Source of the DNA: an uncultured Gemmatimonadales bacterium
Lineage (GTDB): Bacteria > Gemmatimonadota > Gemmatimonadetes > Gemmatimonadales > GWC2-71-9
DNA length: 64,000 nt
Reading direction: 5' to 3'
Assembly: GCA_963779755.1 (NCBI GenBank)
Contig: CAVZZO010000001.1
Span: forward strand, 128,001 to 192,000
Shown: positions 18,750 to 27,442 of the stretch, in pieces
Position numbering within the stretch: position 1 is the first letter of the stretch
How the letters are laid out: every line of letters begins with the position of its first letter
The notes under the pieces: model-generated
What the model saw: the letters and a program-made list of their open reading frames with translations, nothing else
Told to the model about the DNA's origin: nothing
Database searches by the model: none
Translations under genes and position numbers: made by a program

Positions 18750-19561
18750 TGCTGGCGCTGAGCTGGCTGTTTCTCGTCGGCGCGGCGCTGGGCGCCTACG
18801 GCACGCTCATCGGGGCGGGCGGCGCGTTCGTGCTGGTGCCCTTTCTCCTGCTGGTCTATCCCCACGAACCGCCGGAGGTCATCGCCAGCATCTCGCTGGC
18901 GGTGGTCTTCGCCAATGCCGGCAGCGGCACCGTCGCGTATGCCAGGATGGGCCGGGTGGACTACCGCTCCGGACTGATGTTCGCGGCCGCGACTATCCCC
19001 GGCGCCATCGTGGGCGCCCTGCTCACCGCCTCCATTCCGCGCCACCTGTTCGACGCGGTGCTGGGCGCACTGATGGGCGGCATCGGCGGCTGGCTGCTGA
19101 TCCGCCCCGAGGGCAACCGGAACGGCGCCCCCCGGCATCCCGGCTCGATGGTCCGGGTCGTCACCGAACGCGACGGCACCACTCACCGCTACGCCTTCCG
19201 GCCCTGGGTCGGCATCAGCTTGAGCCTGCTGGTGGGACTGGTCTCCAGCAGCCTCGGCATTGGCGGCGGGATCATTCACGTCGCGGTACTCACCCAGTTG
19301 CTCGATTTCCCGGTGCATATCGCCACCGCCACCTCACACTTCACCATCGCCATCATGGCGCTGACCGGTACCATCGTGCACATCGCCACCGGCAGCTTCC
19401 ATCAGGGGTGGCACCGCACGGTATGGCTCGCGGCGGGAGCCCTGGTGGGAGCCCAGGCCGGCGCGCGTCTCTCCGCCCGCATCCACGGCGCCTGGATCAT
19501 CCGCGGGCTGGCGCTGGCGCTGCTGGTGGTGGGAGTGCGACTGGTGTGGGGGGCGTTCTGA
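18749..19561 (+). CDS. sulfite exporter TauE/SafE family membrane protein
   Basis: Two GxGGx repeats (GAGGAF, GIGGGII), ATATSHF, multiple TM segments. Confidence 0.88.
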   Translation: MLALSWLFLVGAALGAYGTLIGAGGAFVLVPFLLLVYPHEPPEVIASISLAVVFANAGSGTVAYARMGRVDYRSGLMFAAATIPGAIVGALLTASIPRHLFDAVLGALMGGIGGWLLIRPEGNRNGAPRHPGSMVRVVTERDGTTHRYAFRPWVGISLSLLVGLVSSSLGIGGGIIHVAVLTQLLDFPVHIATATSHFTIAIMALTGTIVHIATGSFHQGWHRTVWLAAGALVGAQAGARLSARIHGAWIIRGLALALLVVGVRLVWGAF

Positions 19562-19570
19562 GAGAGAAAA

Positions 19571-19601
19571 GAGGAAAGGACTGAGGACTGAGGATCGAGG
19601 G
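19571..19601 (+). repeat. short heptamer tandem repeat (GAGGACT-like)
   Basis: gaggaaaggactgaggactgaggatcgagg just after the TauE stop. Confidence 0.6.
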
Positions 19602-19642
19602 CAGAACGGAAGGTTCCGGCCGCGGGAGACCGGCCGGGTTCC

Positions 19643-20332
19643 CTACAGCACCGTCAACGTAAAGTCCACCGTGCCGTTGAGTCCCGCGCCCGGGAGGGTG
19701 GCCCGGACCACCACCGTTCCCGGGGTCGGGCCCAGGGTGACCTGGCAACTGATTCGGCCGTTGCTCCCCGAGATCGGAGAATCGATCGTGAGGCTGGCCT
19801 CGCCGCTCTCGACCGACCAGTTCACCACGGCGCCGGGAAAAGGGTTGTTGAACTCGTCGCCCACGAGCACCGTCAGCGTCTGCGGCAGCGTGGAGCCAGG
19901 CTGCCCGGACTGCCCGTCACCCGAGACATAGGAAAGCTGAAAGGCAAAATTGGGATAGGCATTGGCCCGATAGGTCACCGGTGAACCTTGCGCCCCGTCC
20001 AGTGCGGCCTGGGCCGTCCAGTCGCCGGACACCCTGCCCAGGGTCCAGCGGCTGACTGCGATGCCTGAATCGTCCGTGACGCTGCTGGCCGGGCTCATCA
20101 CTCCCTGGCCGACGGCCTGCCATTGCACCTCGAGTCCCGGGGCGGGCCGGCCGTCCTCCAGTACCGCCACCCGGAGTAGTTGGGGCAGGGTGTGCCCCAC
20201 CGACCAGCTCTGACTGTCGCCGCTGGCGGCCGGCTTCATCATGGTCAGGACACCCCGGGGCGCCGTTCCTCCCCCCGGGCCGCCACATCCGGCAAGCACC
20301 GCCGCCGCCAGTACCATGGAAGACCATCGCAT
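19643..20332 (-). CDS. lipoprotein with two Ig-like (Big_1-like) domains
   Basis: AGGAG RBS, lipobox VLAGC, two SGDxQS...TLPQxLxV repeats. Confidence 0.8.
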   Translation of the reverse strand: MRWSSMVLAAAVLAGCGGPGGGTAPRGVLTMMKPAASGDSQSWSVGHTLPQLLRVAVLEDGRPAPGLEVQWQAVGQGVMSPASSVTDDSGIAVSRWTLGRVSGDWTAQAALDGAQGSPVTYRANAYPNFAFQLSYVSGDGQSGQPGSTLPQTLTVLVGDEFNNPFPGAVVNWSVESGEASLTIDSPISGSNGRISCQVTLGPTPGTVVVRATLPGAGLNGTVDFTLTVL

Positions 20333-20490
20333 GCCGTCGCTCCTGGAGCCGTTTACCCCGGGGCCCATTCGTTCCGCCATCCTACAGGACGCCTGAGGGC
20401 CACCCGGTTTCACCGCCAACCCGCTGGCTGGCATGCCATTATCTTCCCACCGTGTGCGGTTTATCACCCTGCTGCGAGGTGGAGTAGTCT

Positions 20491-23400
20491 GTGGACCCGA
20501 ATGTGTTCGACACGGCGAACGCCGGCTTTGCCCAGGCGCTGTACGAGGAATTTCTCCGCGACCCGCAGGCGGTCAGCCCCGAATGGCGCCGCCTGTTCGA
20601 AAGCGGGGTCGTAGGCGAACGTCCCCCCGCGCCCTCCAGTGGCAACGGCGCCGGCCGGCCGGTGTCGGGAGACGGTGCCGGCCCCGGTATGCCCGAAACG
20701 ACCCCCGGGCCGGAGCCCATCAAGGGACCGGCGGCCCGCCTGGCCGCCAACATGAACGAGAGCCTGGGAATCCCGACCGCCACCACCTTCCGCCGGCTTC
20801 CGGTAGCGGTGCTGGAGCGGCGGCGGCGGGAATTGAACGACGCCCTCCGCGCCGCCGGCCGCCCGGAAAAGATCTCCTTCACGCATCTCATCGGATTCGC
20901 CCTGGTCCAGGCCGGGCGGCGGCACCCGGTCATGGGAACGTCGTTCCGGGATATTGACGGCGCGCCGCACCGGATGGTTCCAGACGGCGTGCACCTGGGC
21001 CTGGCGGTGGATGTGGAGCGGAAGGACGGCAGCCGGGGCCTGGTGGTGCCGGTGATCCGGGATGCCGGTAACCTCGATTTCGCCGCTTTCCATGCGGCCT
21101 ACGAATCGCTGGTAGAGAAGGCGCGGAACAACCGGCTGATGCCGGATGCATTCGTGGGGGCCAATATCACGCTGACCAACCCGGGCGGGCTCGGCACGGT
21201 GGCCTCGGTGCCGCGGCTCATGCCGGGGCAGGGCACCATCGTCGCCGTCGGCTCGATCGCCTGGCCGCCGGAGTTTGCCGATACGCCGCCCGAAACGCGG
21301 CGGCAGCTGGGCCTCGCCAAGGTAATGACGATGACCAGCACCTACGACCACCGCGTCATTCAGGGCGCGGAGTCGGGCGAATTCCTGCGCACGCTGGACG
21401 GGCTGCTCCAGGGCGGGGAAGGGTTCTACGAGGAGATCTTCGAGAGCCTGGGGCTGCCGGCCCCGGGGCCGCAGATCCGGACTTCCTACGTTGAACAGCC
21501 GGCCCCGGGCACCGCGCCCGCGCAGCCGGTGCCGGCCGACCGGCTGACGCAGGTGGCGGCGGCCATGGCCCTGGTGAAGGCCTACCGCACCCATGGGCAC
21601 CTGGCGGCCCGGCTCGACCCGCTCGACAGCGAACCGCCGGGCGACCCGGCGCTCGATCCCGCCATCCTGGGGCTGACGCCGGAGATCATGGCGGCAATCC
21701 CGGCCGACGTGCTGCGGGTGGCGGTCCCCGGCCGGACCCTGGCGGAGGTGCTGCCGCATCTGCAGGCCACCTACTGCGGCACCATCGCTTATGAGATCGA
21801 GCACATCTCCAACCACGAAGAGCGGGTCTGGCTGCGGCAGATGATCGAGTCGGGCGCGTTCCGCCAGCCGCTGCCGCCCGAGGAGCAGGAGCGCCTGCTG
21901 GGCCGTCTCACCGTGGTGGAGGCGTTCGAGCGCTTTCTGCACAAGGCCTACCTGGGGCAGAAGCGCTTTTCGATCGAAGGCGTGGACATGATGGTTCCCA
22001 TGCTGGACCGCATGATCGAGCGTTCGGCCGAGGCGGGGGCGCGGCATGTGGTGATCGGCATGGCGCACCGCGGACGCCTCAATGTCCTCGCCCATACCGT
22101 CGGCCGGCCCTACCAGACCATCTTCGCCGAGTTCGAGGGGGGCCACGCCTCGGAGGCCACCTGGGACGACGGGACCGGCGACGTCAAGTACCATCTGGGT
22201 GCTGAAGGCGCCTACCCCACCGCCACCGGGCGGGCGGTGACGGTCACGTTGTCGCCCAACCCCAGCCACCTGGAGTACGTGGCGCCGGTGGTGGACGGCC
22301 GCGCCCGGGCAGAGCAGACGCAGCGGCGGGGGAACGAGGCGCTGCACGATCCGTCGGTCTCGCTCCCGGTGGTGATCCACGGCGACGCCGCCTTCGCGGC
22401 CCAGGGCGTGGTGGCCGAGACGCTCAACCTGGGCTGCCTCCAGGCATACGCCACCGGCGGAACGGTACACCTGATCGCCAACAACCAGATCGGGTTCACC
22501 ACCGACATGAAAGACGCCCGCTCCACCCGCTATGCCAGCGATCTGGCCAAAGGGTTCGACATTCCGATCGTCCACGTGAACGGCGACGATCCCGAGGCCT
22601 GCCTCAGCGCCGTCCGTTTTGCCATGGCCTACCGCGAGCGCTGGCGGCAGGACGTGCTGATCGACCTGGTCGGCTACCGGCGGCACGGACACAACGAGGG
22701 CGACGAGCCGAGCTATACCCAGCCGCTCATGTACGCCGTCATCCGCGAGCATCCCACGGTGCGGGAGCGCTACGCGGCGGTGCTGGCCGAGCGCGGCGTG
22801 CGTTCGATCGAGGAAGCGCAAGCGCAGTACGACGCCGCCTACCAGCGCCTCTCGGAACTGCAGCAGTCGTACAAGTCGGGCCGGACGAGCGGCGCCCAGG
22901 AACAACCCAAGCCGCGGCCGACGGCGATGGATACCGAGACGGCGGTGGAGGCCGGTGCTCTGGATTCGCTCAACCAGCAGTTGCTGACCTGGCCGGAGGA
23001 CTTTGCTCCGCACCCGAAGCTCAAGCGGCAGCTGGAACGGCGGCGCGGCGCGCTGGGGCCGGACGGCGGCATCGACTGGGGCCATGCCGAGGCGCTGGCG
23101 CTGGGATCCCTGCTGCTGGAGGGTGTGCCGATCCGATTCACCGGCCAGGATACGGAGCGGGGGACGTTCAGCCAGCGCCACCTGGTGCTGCACGACGTGA
23201 ACACCGGCGCCGTCTACACCCCCCTGAAGCACCTCTCGGGGGCACTGGCCCCGCTGGAACTGCACAACAGCCCGCTCTCCGAGCTGGCCGCGCTGGGTTT
23301 CGAGTACGGCTACAGCGCCGCGGCGCCGGAGGCGCTGGTGCTCTGGGAGGCGCAGTTCGGCGATTTCATCAACGGCGCCCAGGTCGTGGTCGACCAGTTC

Positions 23401-24138
23401 ATCAGCTCCGGCCTGTCCAAGTGGGGGACCACCACCCGGCTCACGCTGCTGCTGCCGCACGGATACGAGGGACAGGGGCCGGAACACTCGAGTGCCCGGC
23501 TGGAACGCTTCCTCCAGTTGGCGGCCGAGGGAAACATCCGGGTGGCCAACTGCACCACGCCGGCCCAGTACTTCCACCTGCTGCGCCGCCAGGGCCGCGC
23601 CACCCGCTACCGGCCGCTGATCGTCATGACCCCCAAGAGCCTGTTACGTCTGCCGCAGGCGGCCTCGCGGCTGGAAGACCTGACCCAGGGCGCCTTCCGG
23701 CCGGTGCTGGACGATCCGCACTATCAGACAGACCCCGCCGGGGTTTCCCGTGTGGTACTCTGCAGCGGCAAGATCTACTACGATCTCCTGGCGCAGGCCG
23801 AGAAGCTGGAGCAGCGGCCGGCCCTCGTTCGCCTGGAACAGCTCTACACCTTCCCCGCGCCCGAATTGCGTCATATCCTCGAGCGCTACACCGGGCTGAC
23901 CCAGCTGGTCTGGGCCCAGGAGGAGCCCCGGAACATGGGCGCCTGGAATTATCTCCAGGATAAGCTGCGGGATGTCATGCCGAAGGATGTCACGCTGCAA
24001 TTCGTGGGGCGGCCCGAGCGGGCCAGTCCGGCCGAGGGGTATCCGGCCGCCCATGCGGCCGAGCAGCGGAGGATTGTGGAGGGGGCCCTGACCGCGGCGG
24101 CGGCCGCACCGCGCCGCAGCCGGAAGGTCAGGGCCTGA
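20491..24138 (+). CDS. kgd: multifunctional 2-oxoglutarate decarboxylase/dehydrogenase (fused succinyltransferase and E1; Kgd/OdhA type)
   Basis: Acyltransferase motif TYDHRVIQGAESGEFL, then E1 motifs KRFSIEG, GMAHRGRLN, HGDAAF (ThDP), GHNEGDEP, LWEAQFGDF. Confidence 0.92.
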   Translation: MDPNVFDTANAGFAQALYEEFLRDPQAVSPEWRRLFESGVVGERPPAPSSGNGAGRPVSGDGAGPGMPETTPGPEPIKGPAARLAANMNESLGIPTATTFRRLPVAVLERRRRELNDALRAAGRPEKISFTHLIGFALVQAGRRHPVMGTSFRDIDGAPHRMVPDGVHLGLAVDVERKDGSRGLVVPVIRDAGNLDFAAFHAAYESLVEKARNNRLMPDAFVGANITLTNPGGLGTVASVPRLMPGQGTIVAVGSIAWPPEFADTPPETRRQLGLAKVMTMTSTYDHRVIQGAESGEFLRTLDGLLQGGEGFYEEIFESLGLPAPGPQIRTSYVEQPAPGTAPAQPVPADRLTQVAAAMALVKAYRTHGHLAARLDPLDSEPPGDPALDPAILGLTPEIMAAIPADVLRVAVPGRTLAEVLPHLQATYCGTIAYEIEHISNHEERVWLRQMIESGAFRQPLPPEEQERLLGRLTVVEAFERFLHKAYLGQKRFSIEGVDMMVPMLDRMIERSAEAGARHVVIGMAHRGRLNVLAHTVGRPYQTIFAEFEGGHASEATWDDGTGDVKYHLGAEGAYPTATGRAVTVTLSPNPSHLEYVAPVVDGRARAEQTQRRGNEALHDPSVSLPVVIHGDAAFAAQGVVAETLNLGCLQAYATGGTVHLIANNQIGFTTDMKDARSTRYASDLAKGFDIPIVHVNGDDPEACLSAVRFAMAYRERWRQDVLIDLVGYRRHGHNEGDEPSYTQPLMYAVIREHPTVRERYAAVLAERGVRSIEEAQAQYDAAYQRLSELQQSYKSGRTSGAQEQPKPRPTAMDTETAVEAGALDSLNQQLLTWPEDFAPHPKLKRQLERRRGALGPDGGIDWGHAEALALGSLLLEGVPIRFTGQDTERGTFSQRHLVLHDVNTGAVYTPLKHLSGALAPLELHNSPLSELAALGFEYGYSAAAPEALVLWEAQFGDFINGAQVVVDQFISSGLSKWGTTTRLTLLLPHGYEGQGPEHSSARLERFLQLAAEGNIRVANCTTPAQYFHLLRRQGRATRYRPLIVMTPKSLLRLPQAASRLEDLTQGAFRPVLDDPHYQTDPAGVSRVVLCSGKIYYDLLAQAEKLEQRPALVRLEQLYTFPAPELRHILERYTGLTQLVWAQEEPRNMGAWNYLQDKLRDVMPKDVTLQFVGRPERASPAEGYPAAHAAEQRRIVEGALTAAAAAPRRSRKVRA

Positions 24139-24151
24139 TCGGCTGCGAGCC

Positions 24152-24556
24152 TCAGGACTCGAGCAGCGGACGTTCCGACGCCTGGCGGGCCAGAGTCTTC
24201 AACGGCTCTGAAAGATGCTCGCCATAATGCAGCAGAAATACCCCGCGGGAGCGGGCCTGCAGCAGAAACGCCAGCAGGGGCGAATCGGCCTTGGCCGCGT
24301 TACAGGGCGTGCAGGCCAGCACCAGATTGTCCGGCCGGTCGTAGGCGCTCTGGCCTCGACGGGGACGCACATGATCGAGCGTGATGAATTCGGGACTGGT
24401 GCGTTTGCCGCAATACGCGCAAACAGGGCCATGCAACTGAAGTAGCCACTCGCGGTGGGACTGCAGGGAACGTCCGGGAGATCGGTGGAAGGAAGTTGAT
24501 TTTACTGCGTGTCCGTTGGTGCGCGACCGTTTGCCGCGCGGTGTTCGTCTTTGCAC
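24152..24556 (-). CDS. HNH endonuclease domain protein
   Basis: CAYC...TLDHVRP...NLVLACTPCNAAK. Confidence 0.85.
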   Translation of the reverse strand: MQRRTPRGKRSRTNGHAVKSTSFHRSPGRSLQSHREWLLQLHGPVCAYCGKRTSPEFITLDHVRPRRGQSAYDRPDNLVLACTPCNAAKADSPLLAFLLQARSRGVFLLHYGEHLSEPLKTLARQASERPLLES

Positions 24557-24562
24557 TACAAG

Positions 24563-24574
24563 CTCTTATAAGAG
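24563..24574. promoter_or_regulatory. perfect 12-bp palindrome, possible operator
   Basis: CTCTTATAAGAG in an AT-rich patch just upstream of the HNH start, between divergent genes. Confidence 0.4.
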
Positions 24575-24647
24575 TTGAACTTATGGCCCAGGCGCCCGCT
24601 GGCGTCCTGGCCGTGGATACTGCAATCTAAGCTGCCGGGGCCCCCGA

Positions 24648-25142
24648 ATGGAAGCAGATCACCCAGAGGACGCTCCCCGCTACCCCCTGACCGTCCCTCT
24701 CGAACCTGCCCAGCGGACGGCCCTGACTGAACGCTGGAATCAGTTGCTGCCCATGCGGCACCTGGGTGCCCGGGGCGATTTCAGCGATCCCGAGGCCGTC
24801 CGGGTGTTCATTGATCCGGTCCAGGATTTTCATCGCGGGGGGCTGGGCACCAGCGCCGTGAACGGCGCCGTGATCGCCGGGTTGTGCGATGCCGCCGTCG
24901 GCATGGTGGGGCACGTACACACGCAGGGGCGCCGGGGAGGAACGGTCCAGCTCAACGTGGTGTTTCTCCGCCCCGTGATGGGCAACCGGGTGACGGCGAT
25001 CGGACGGCTCATCCGGGCCGGCGCCAACCTGATCTTCGTGGCCGTCGAGGTGGAGGACGAACGCGGGGTGGTTTGCGCCCGCTGCGACGGCATCCTGGCC
25101 ATCTCCCCTCGTCCGGCCCGGGAGGCCGAGGTGGCCCTGTAG
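24648..25142 (+). CDS. PaaI family (hot-dog fold) thioesterase
   Basis: AVNGAVIAGLCDAAVG helix, TVQLNVVFLRP. Confidence 0.8.
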   Translation: MEADHPEDAPRYPLTVPLEPAQRTALTERWNQLLPMRHLGARGDFSDPEAVRVFIDPVQDFHRGGLGTSAVNGAVIAGLCDAAVGMVGHVHTQGRRGGTVQLNVVFLRPVMGNRVTAIGRLIRAGANLIFVAVEVEDERGVVCARCDGILAISPRPAREAEVAL

Positions 25143-25235
25143 TCCGCAGCCTGCACGGAGTTCGCGGCCCGGCTCGGGTATTTCTCCTGACCCGGATTTC
25201 TCCCTGTGCAGCATTCCTCTGAAGGGAGGGAACGT

Positions 25236-25688
25236 ATGTGGAAGGACTTCAAGACCTTCATCATGCGGGGAAACGTGCTGGATCTGGCCGTGGGCGTCAT
25301 CATCGGCGCCGCGTTCGGTAGCATCGTGACCTCGCTGGTCAACGATGTGATCATGCCCCCCATCGGGCTGGTCCTGGGTAATGTGAAGTTCGACGACATG
25401 TTCGCGGTGCTGAAGTCCGGGACACCGCTGGGACCGTATCAGACCCTGGAGGACGCCAAGGCGGCAGGCGCCGTCACTGTGAATTACGGGGCGTTCATCA
25501 CCCACCTGGTGAGTTTTCTCATCCTCGCCTTCGTGGTCTTCCTGCTGGTCCGCTGGTTCCAGAACCTGCACCGGAAAGAGGAGGCTCCGCCGCCGCCCAA
25601 GACCCGGGAATGTCCCTTCTGCATGACCGCCATCTCGCTCAAGGCAACCCGGTGCCCGGCGTGCACCTCGGAGGTGAAGGCAGCCTGA
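25236..25688 (+). CDS. mscL: large-conductance mechanosensitive channel with C-terminal CxxC...CxxC ribbon
   Basis: FKTFIMRGNVLDLAVGVIIGAAFGSIV, NYGAFI; tail ECPFC...RCPAC. Confidence 0.93.
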   Translation: MWKDFKTFIMRGNVLDLAVGVIIGAAFGSIVTSLVNDVIMPPIGLVLGNVKFDDMFAVLKSGTPLGPYQTLEDAKAAGAVTVNYGAFITHLVSFLILAFVVFLLVRWFQNLHRKEEAPPPPKTRECPFCMTAISLKATRCPACTSEVKAA

Positions 25689-25691
25689 ACG

Positions 25692-25765
25692 CGGGGAAGA
25701 GGAAAACGGGAAAGGGGAAACGGCAAAGGGCTGATCCTTTCCCGTTTCCCCTTTCGCTTTTCCCG
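25692..25765. terminator. long purine/pyrimidine hairpin between convergent genes (GGGAAA[C/G] heptamer units)
   Basis: aaaggggaaacggcaaagg pairs with cctttcccgtttccccttt. Confidence 0.65.
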
Positions 25766-25775
25766 TAGTTCCAGC

Positions 25776-26288
25776 TCAGCGTCTTCCCTTCCCGCCCTTC
25801 CCTTCCGGCTTCCGCTCCCTGCCCCGCTTCTCGGCCATCTTGGCGGCCTGTCGCACCATCTGCTCCGGTGTCAGCACCTTGCCGATGGGCCGGGCGGTGC
25901 CGGGCGTGAGGGTCGTGCGGCCCTGCTCCGTGCCCGCTTCCAGCGGCCGGGCACTGGCCACATCATAGCAGCCCAGCACCTTGTCGCCGAAACCGCTCGC
26001 CGCCTCGATCCTGGTCACCAGTGCCTCCTGGGAGGCGACACCCTCCAGCAGTACCGGGGCTTTCTGGTCGTAGGTCTTGGGCTGATAGAGAAACGCATAC
26101 CTGGCGCCCTCGAGGTTGGGCGCGATCGATACGCCCGGGCCCGCCACTTCGCGCGCCCAGCGTGTGGCTTCCATTTCGGCAGGGCTCAGCTTCCCCGCGG
26201 TCCGGCCTTCCCGGCCGCCCTTTGACCTCTGCTGCCGCTCCTGGGAGCGGCGCAAGGCCTTCAGATATCCTGGCTCGTCGTGTCCCAC
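25776..26288 (-). CDS. hypothetical protein
   Basis: GTG preceded by GAGGA (alternative ATG at 26321); globular-looking core with basic termini. Confidence 0.65.
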   Translation of the reverse strand: MGHDEPGYLKALRRSQERQQRSKGGREGRTAGKLSPAEMEATRWAREVAGPGVSIAPNLEGARYAFLYQPKTYDQKAPVLLEGVASQEALVTRIEAASGFGDKVLGCYDVASARPLEAGTEQGRTTLTPGTARPIGKVLTPEQMVRQAAKMAEKRGRERKPEGKGGKGRR

Positions 26289-26404
26289 ATCGTCCTCGCA
26301 ATCGCAATCGCATGTCCGCATCGGTTCGCAGGGGGAAGATAAGCGGCCGACCCGGGCCTTCCACCCCCCCGCCTCCCCGCGTCGCGGTCCGGAGTGGCCG
26401 CGTG

Positions 26405-27313
26405 TCAGACCGCTCCGGAAGGACGCAGGATGTGCGCGGGAGGGAAGGCTTCCATGCCCCAGCGAAGCCCCATCCGCTCTAGCGCGGGCCGGTGCGGCTC
26501 GGTGCCGCAGCCACCCAGCACCACCACCTGACCCGGCGGCAGCCGGGAGGCAAGACGGGCCAGGCCCGGCAGGGCCCGGGCGACCGTGTCGACGAGACAT
26601 CCGGTGAGCGCGATCCGGTCGGGACGCAGCCGCCAGGCGGTTTCGGCTACGTCGTCGAGCGGGAGATCGGGGCCGAGGTACTCCACATTCCAGCCGCGAC
26701 CCTGAATTTCGGCCAGCGCGCAGAGAAATCCCCACTCGTGCCGCTCTCCCGGGAGACCGGCCCCCACCACCCGCGGACCGGCCTGGCGGGCCACCCGCAA
26801 TCCGCTCTTCAGGGTATGCACGATGACTTCGCTGACCAGGTGCTCCGAGGCGACCGGCAGGCGCCCCAAGGCCCAGAGATCCCCTACCTCCACCGCCAGC
26901 GGCAGGACGATCTGGCGGCCCAAGCCTTCCAGGCCGTGCAGCGCCAGCAGCTGGGCAACCAGATGCTCCAACCCCTCCCGGTCCAGCGCCTGAATGGCCC
27001 GAAGCAGGGCACTGAGCGGCGAGCCGCTGCCGGTGGCGCGCTCCTCGATCAGGCGGGCGAGTTCGTCCGGGGTGCGGCCGGCCAGGTCGCCGATGCGGCC
27101 TCCCTCCGACACCAGGCGGCCAAAGACCCGCAGCAGGGCGACCTGGTCGGCGGAGTAGGCGCGATAGCCGTTGGGCTGCCGCCGGGGGCGGACCAGCTCG
27201 TAGCGGCGCTCCCAGGCGCGGAGCCGGGTGGGGGAGAGCCCGGTCAGCCGGGCGACCTCGCCGATTTCATAGGCCTGGGCCAGCGCCTCGGAGGGGACGT
27301 GGGGCAGCGTCAT
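26405..27313 (-). CDS. MerR-family regulator with cobalamin-binding domains (CarH/LitR-like)
   Basis: IGEVARLTGLSPTRLRAWERRY HTH; W-x9-EH (DLWALGRLPVASEH); GERHEWG B12-binding motif; YLGPDLP. Confidence 0.88.
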   Translation of the reverse strand: MTLPHVPSEALAQAYEIGEVARLTGLSPTRLRAWERRYELVRPRRQPNGYRAYSADQVALLRVFGRLVSEGGRIGDLAGRTPDELARLIEERATGSGSPLSALLRAIQALDREGLEHLVAQLLALHGLEGLGRQIVLPLAVEVGDLWALGRLPVASEHLVSEVIVHTLKSGLRVARQAGPRVVGAGLPGERHEWGFLCALAEIQGRGWNVEYLGPDLPLDDVAETAWRLRPDRIALTGCLVDTVARALPGLARLASRLPPGQVVVLGGCGTEPHRPALERMGLRWGMEAFPPAHILRPSGAV

Positions 27314-27442
27314 GCGCAGTAATACCGGCCTGGAAAGGGGAGGTTCCCGGATGTGACCACCGCCCTTTCGGCTGGCGGGCCGGCCCCTGTTAGTTTCCCT
27401 GAGAGCCCCGACCCCGGCTATCCAGGAAGCGCAGGAGCGACA

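Noticed and set aside
20464..23577. 1037-aa minus-strand ORF
   Set aside because: Antisense shadow of kgd, typical of high-GC codon bias; no motifs
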